Shown one piece after another: positions 63,947 through 64,000 of a stretch of DNA of 64,000 bases. The position numbers were made by a program, and so were the translations under genes. The stretch spans positions 62,001 through 126,000 of the forward strand of contig NIVC01001471.1 in the NCBI GenBank assembly GCA_002269645.1, read 5' to 3'. This DNA is from Macrostomum lignano. Taxonomy: Eukaryota. The number at the start of each line of letters is the position of its first letter. Within the stretch, counting starts at the first letter, position 1. The notes below the pieces were generated by a model, which ran no database searches, had not been told where the DNA came from, and saw only the letters and a program-made list of their open reading frames with translations.

Positions 63947-64000
63947 GTGAGTCACTGCTCTCTAAGTCAGAGTTTTTGTTGGGTCTGTAGCGAGTTACAT

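Overview
This is a 64-kb window of a repeat-rich animal genome with GC-rich exons and minisatellite-filled introns. That style suggests a free-living flatworm such as Macrostomum, but this is my inference. Spliced gene models were built by hand from GT/AG sites with phase checking. From left to right they are: a beta-tubulin (-, runs off the left edge); a complete 4-exon UFL1 (-); two 25-aa RPL41 genes (-) that the ORF track misses, bracketing a pair of divergent orphan type-I membrane protein paralogs (+); a complete 6-exon NOXRED1 (+); and a long TPR gene best matching TTC6 (+, runs off the right edge) with a candidate 2-exon antisense gene in one intron. Mobile DNA includes a full-length LOA-type non-LTR retrotransposon with a 15-bp TSD, a Mag-type Ty3/Gypsy element with identical LTRs and a 5-bp TSD, a decayed Polinton/Maverick-like fragment, a non-autonomous hAT element with an 8-bp TSD, a hAT MITE family, and an old nested foldback complex showing CpG decay. 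About 17 different tandem-repeat arrays produce most of the long spurious ORFs.
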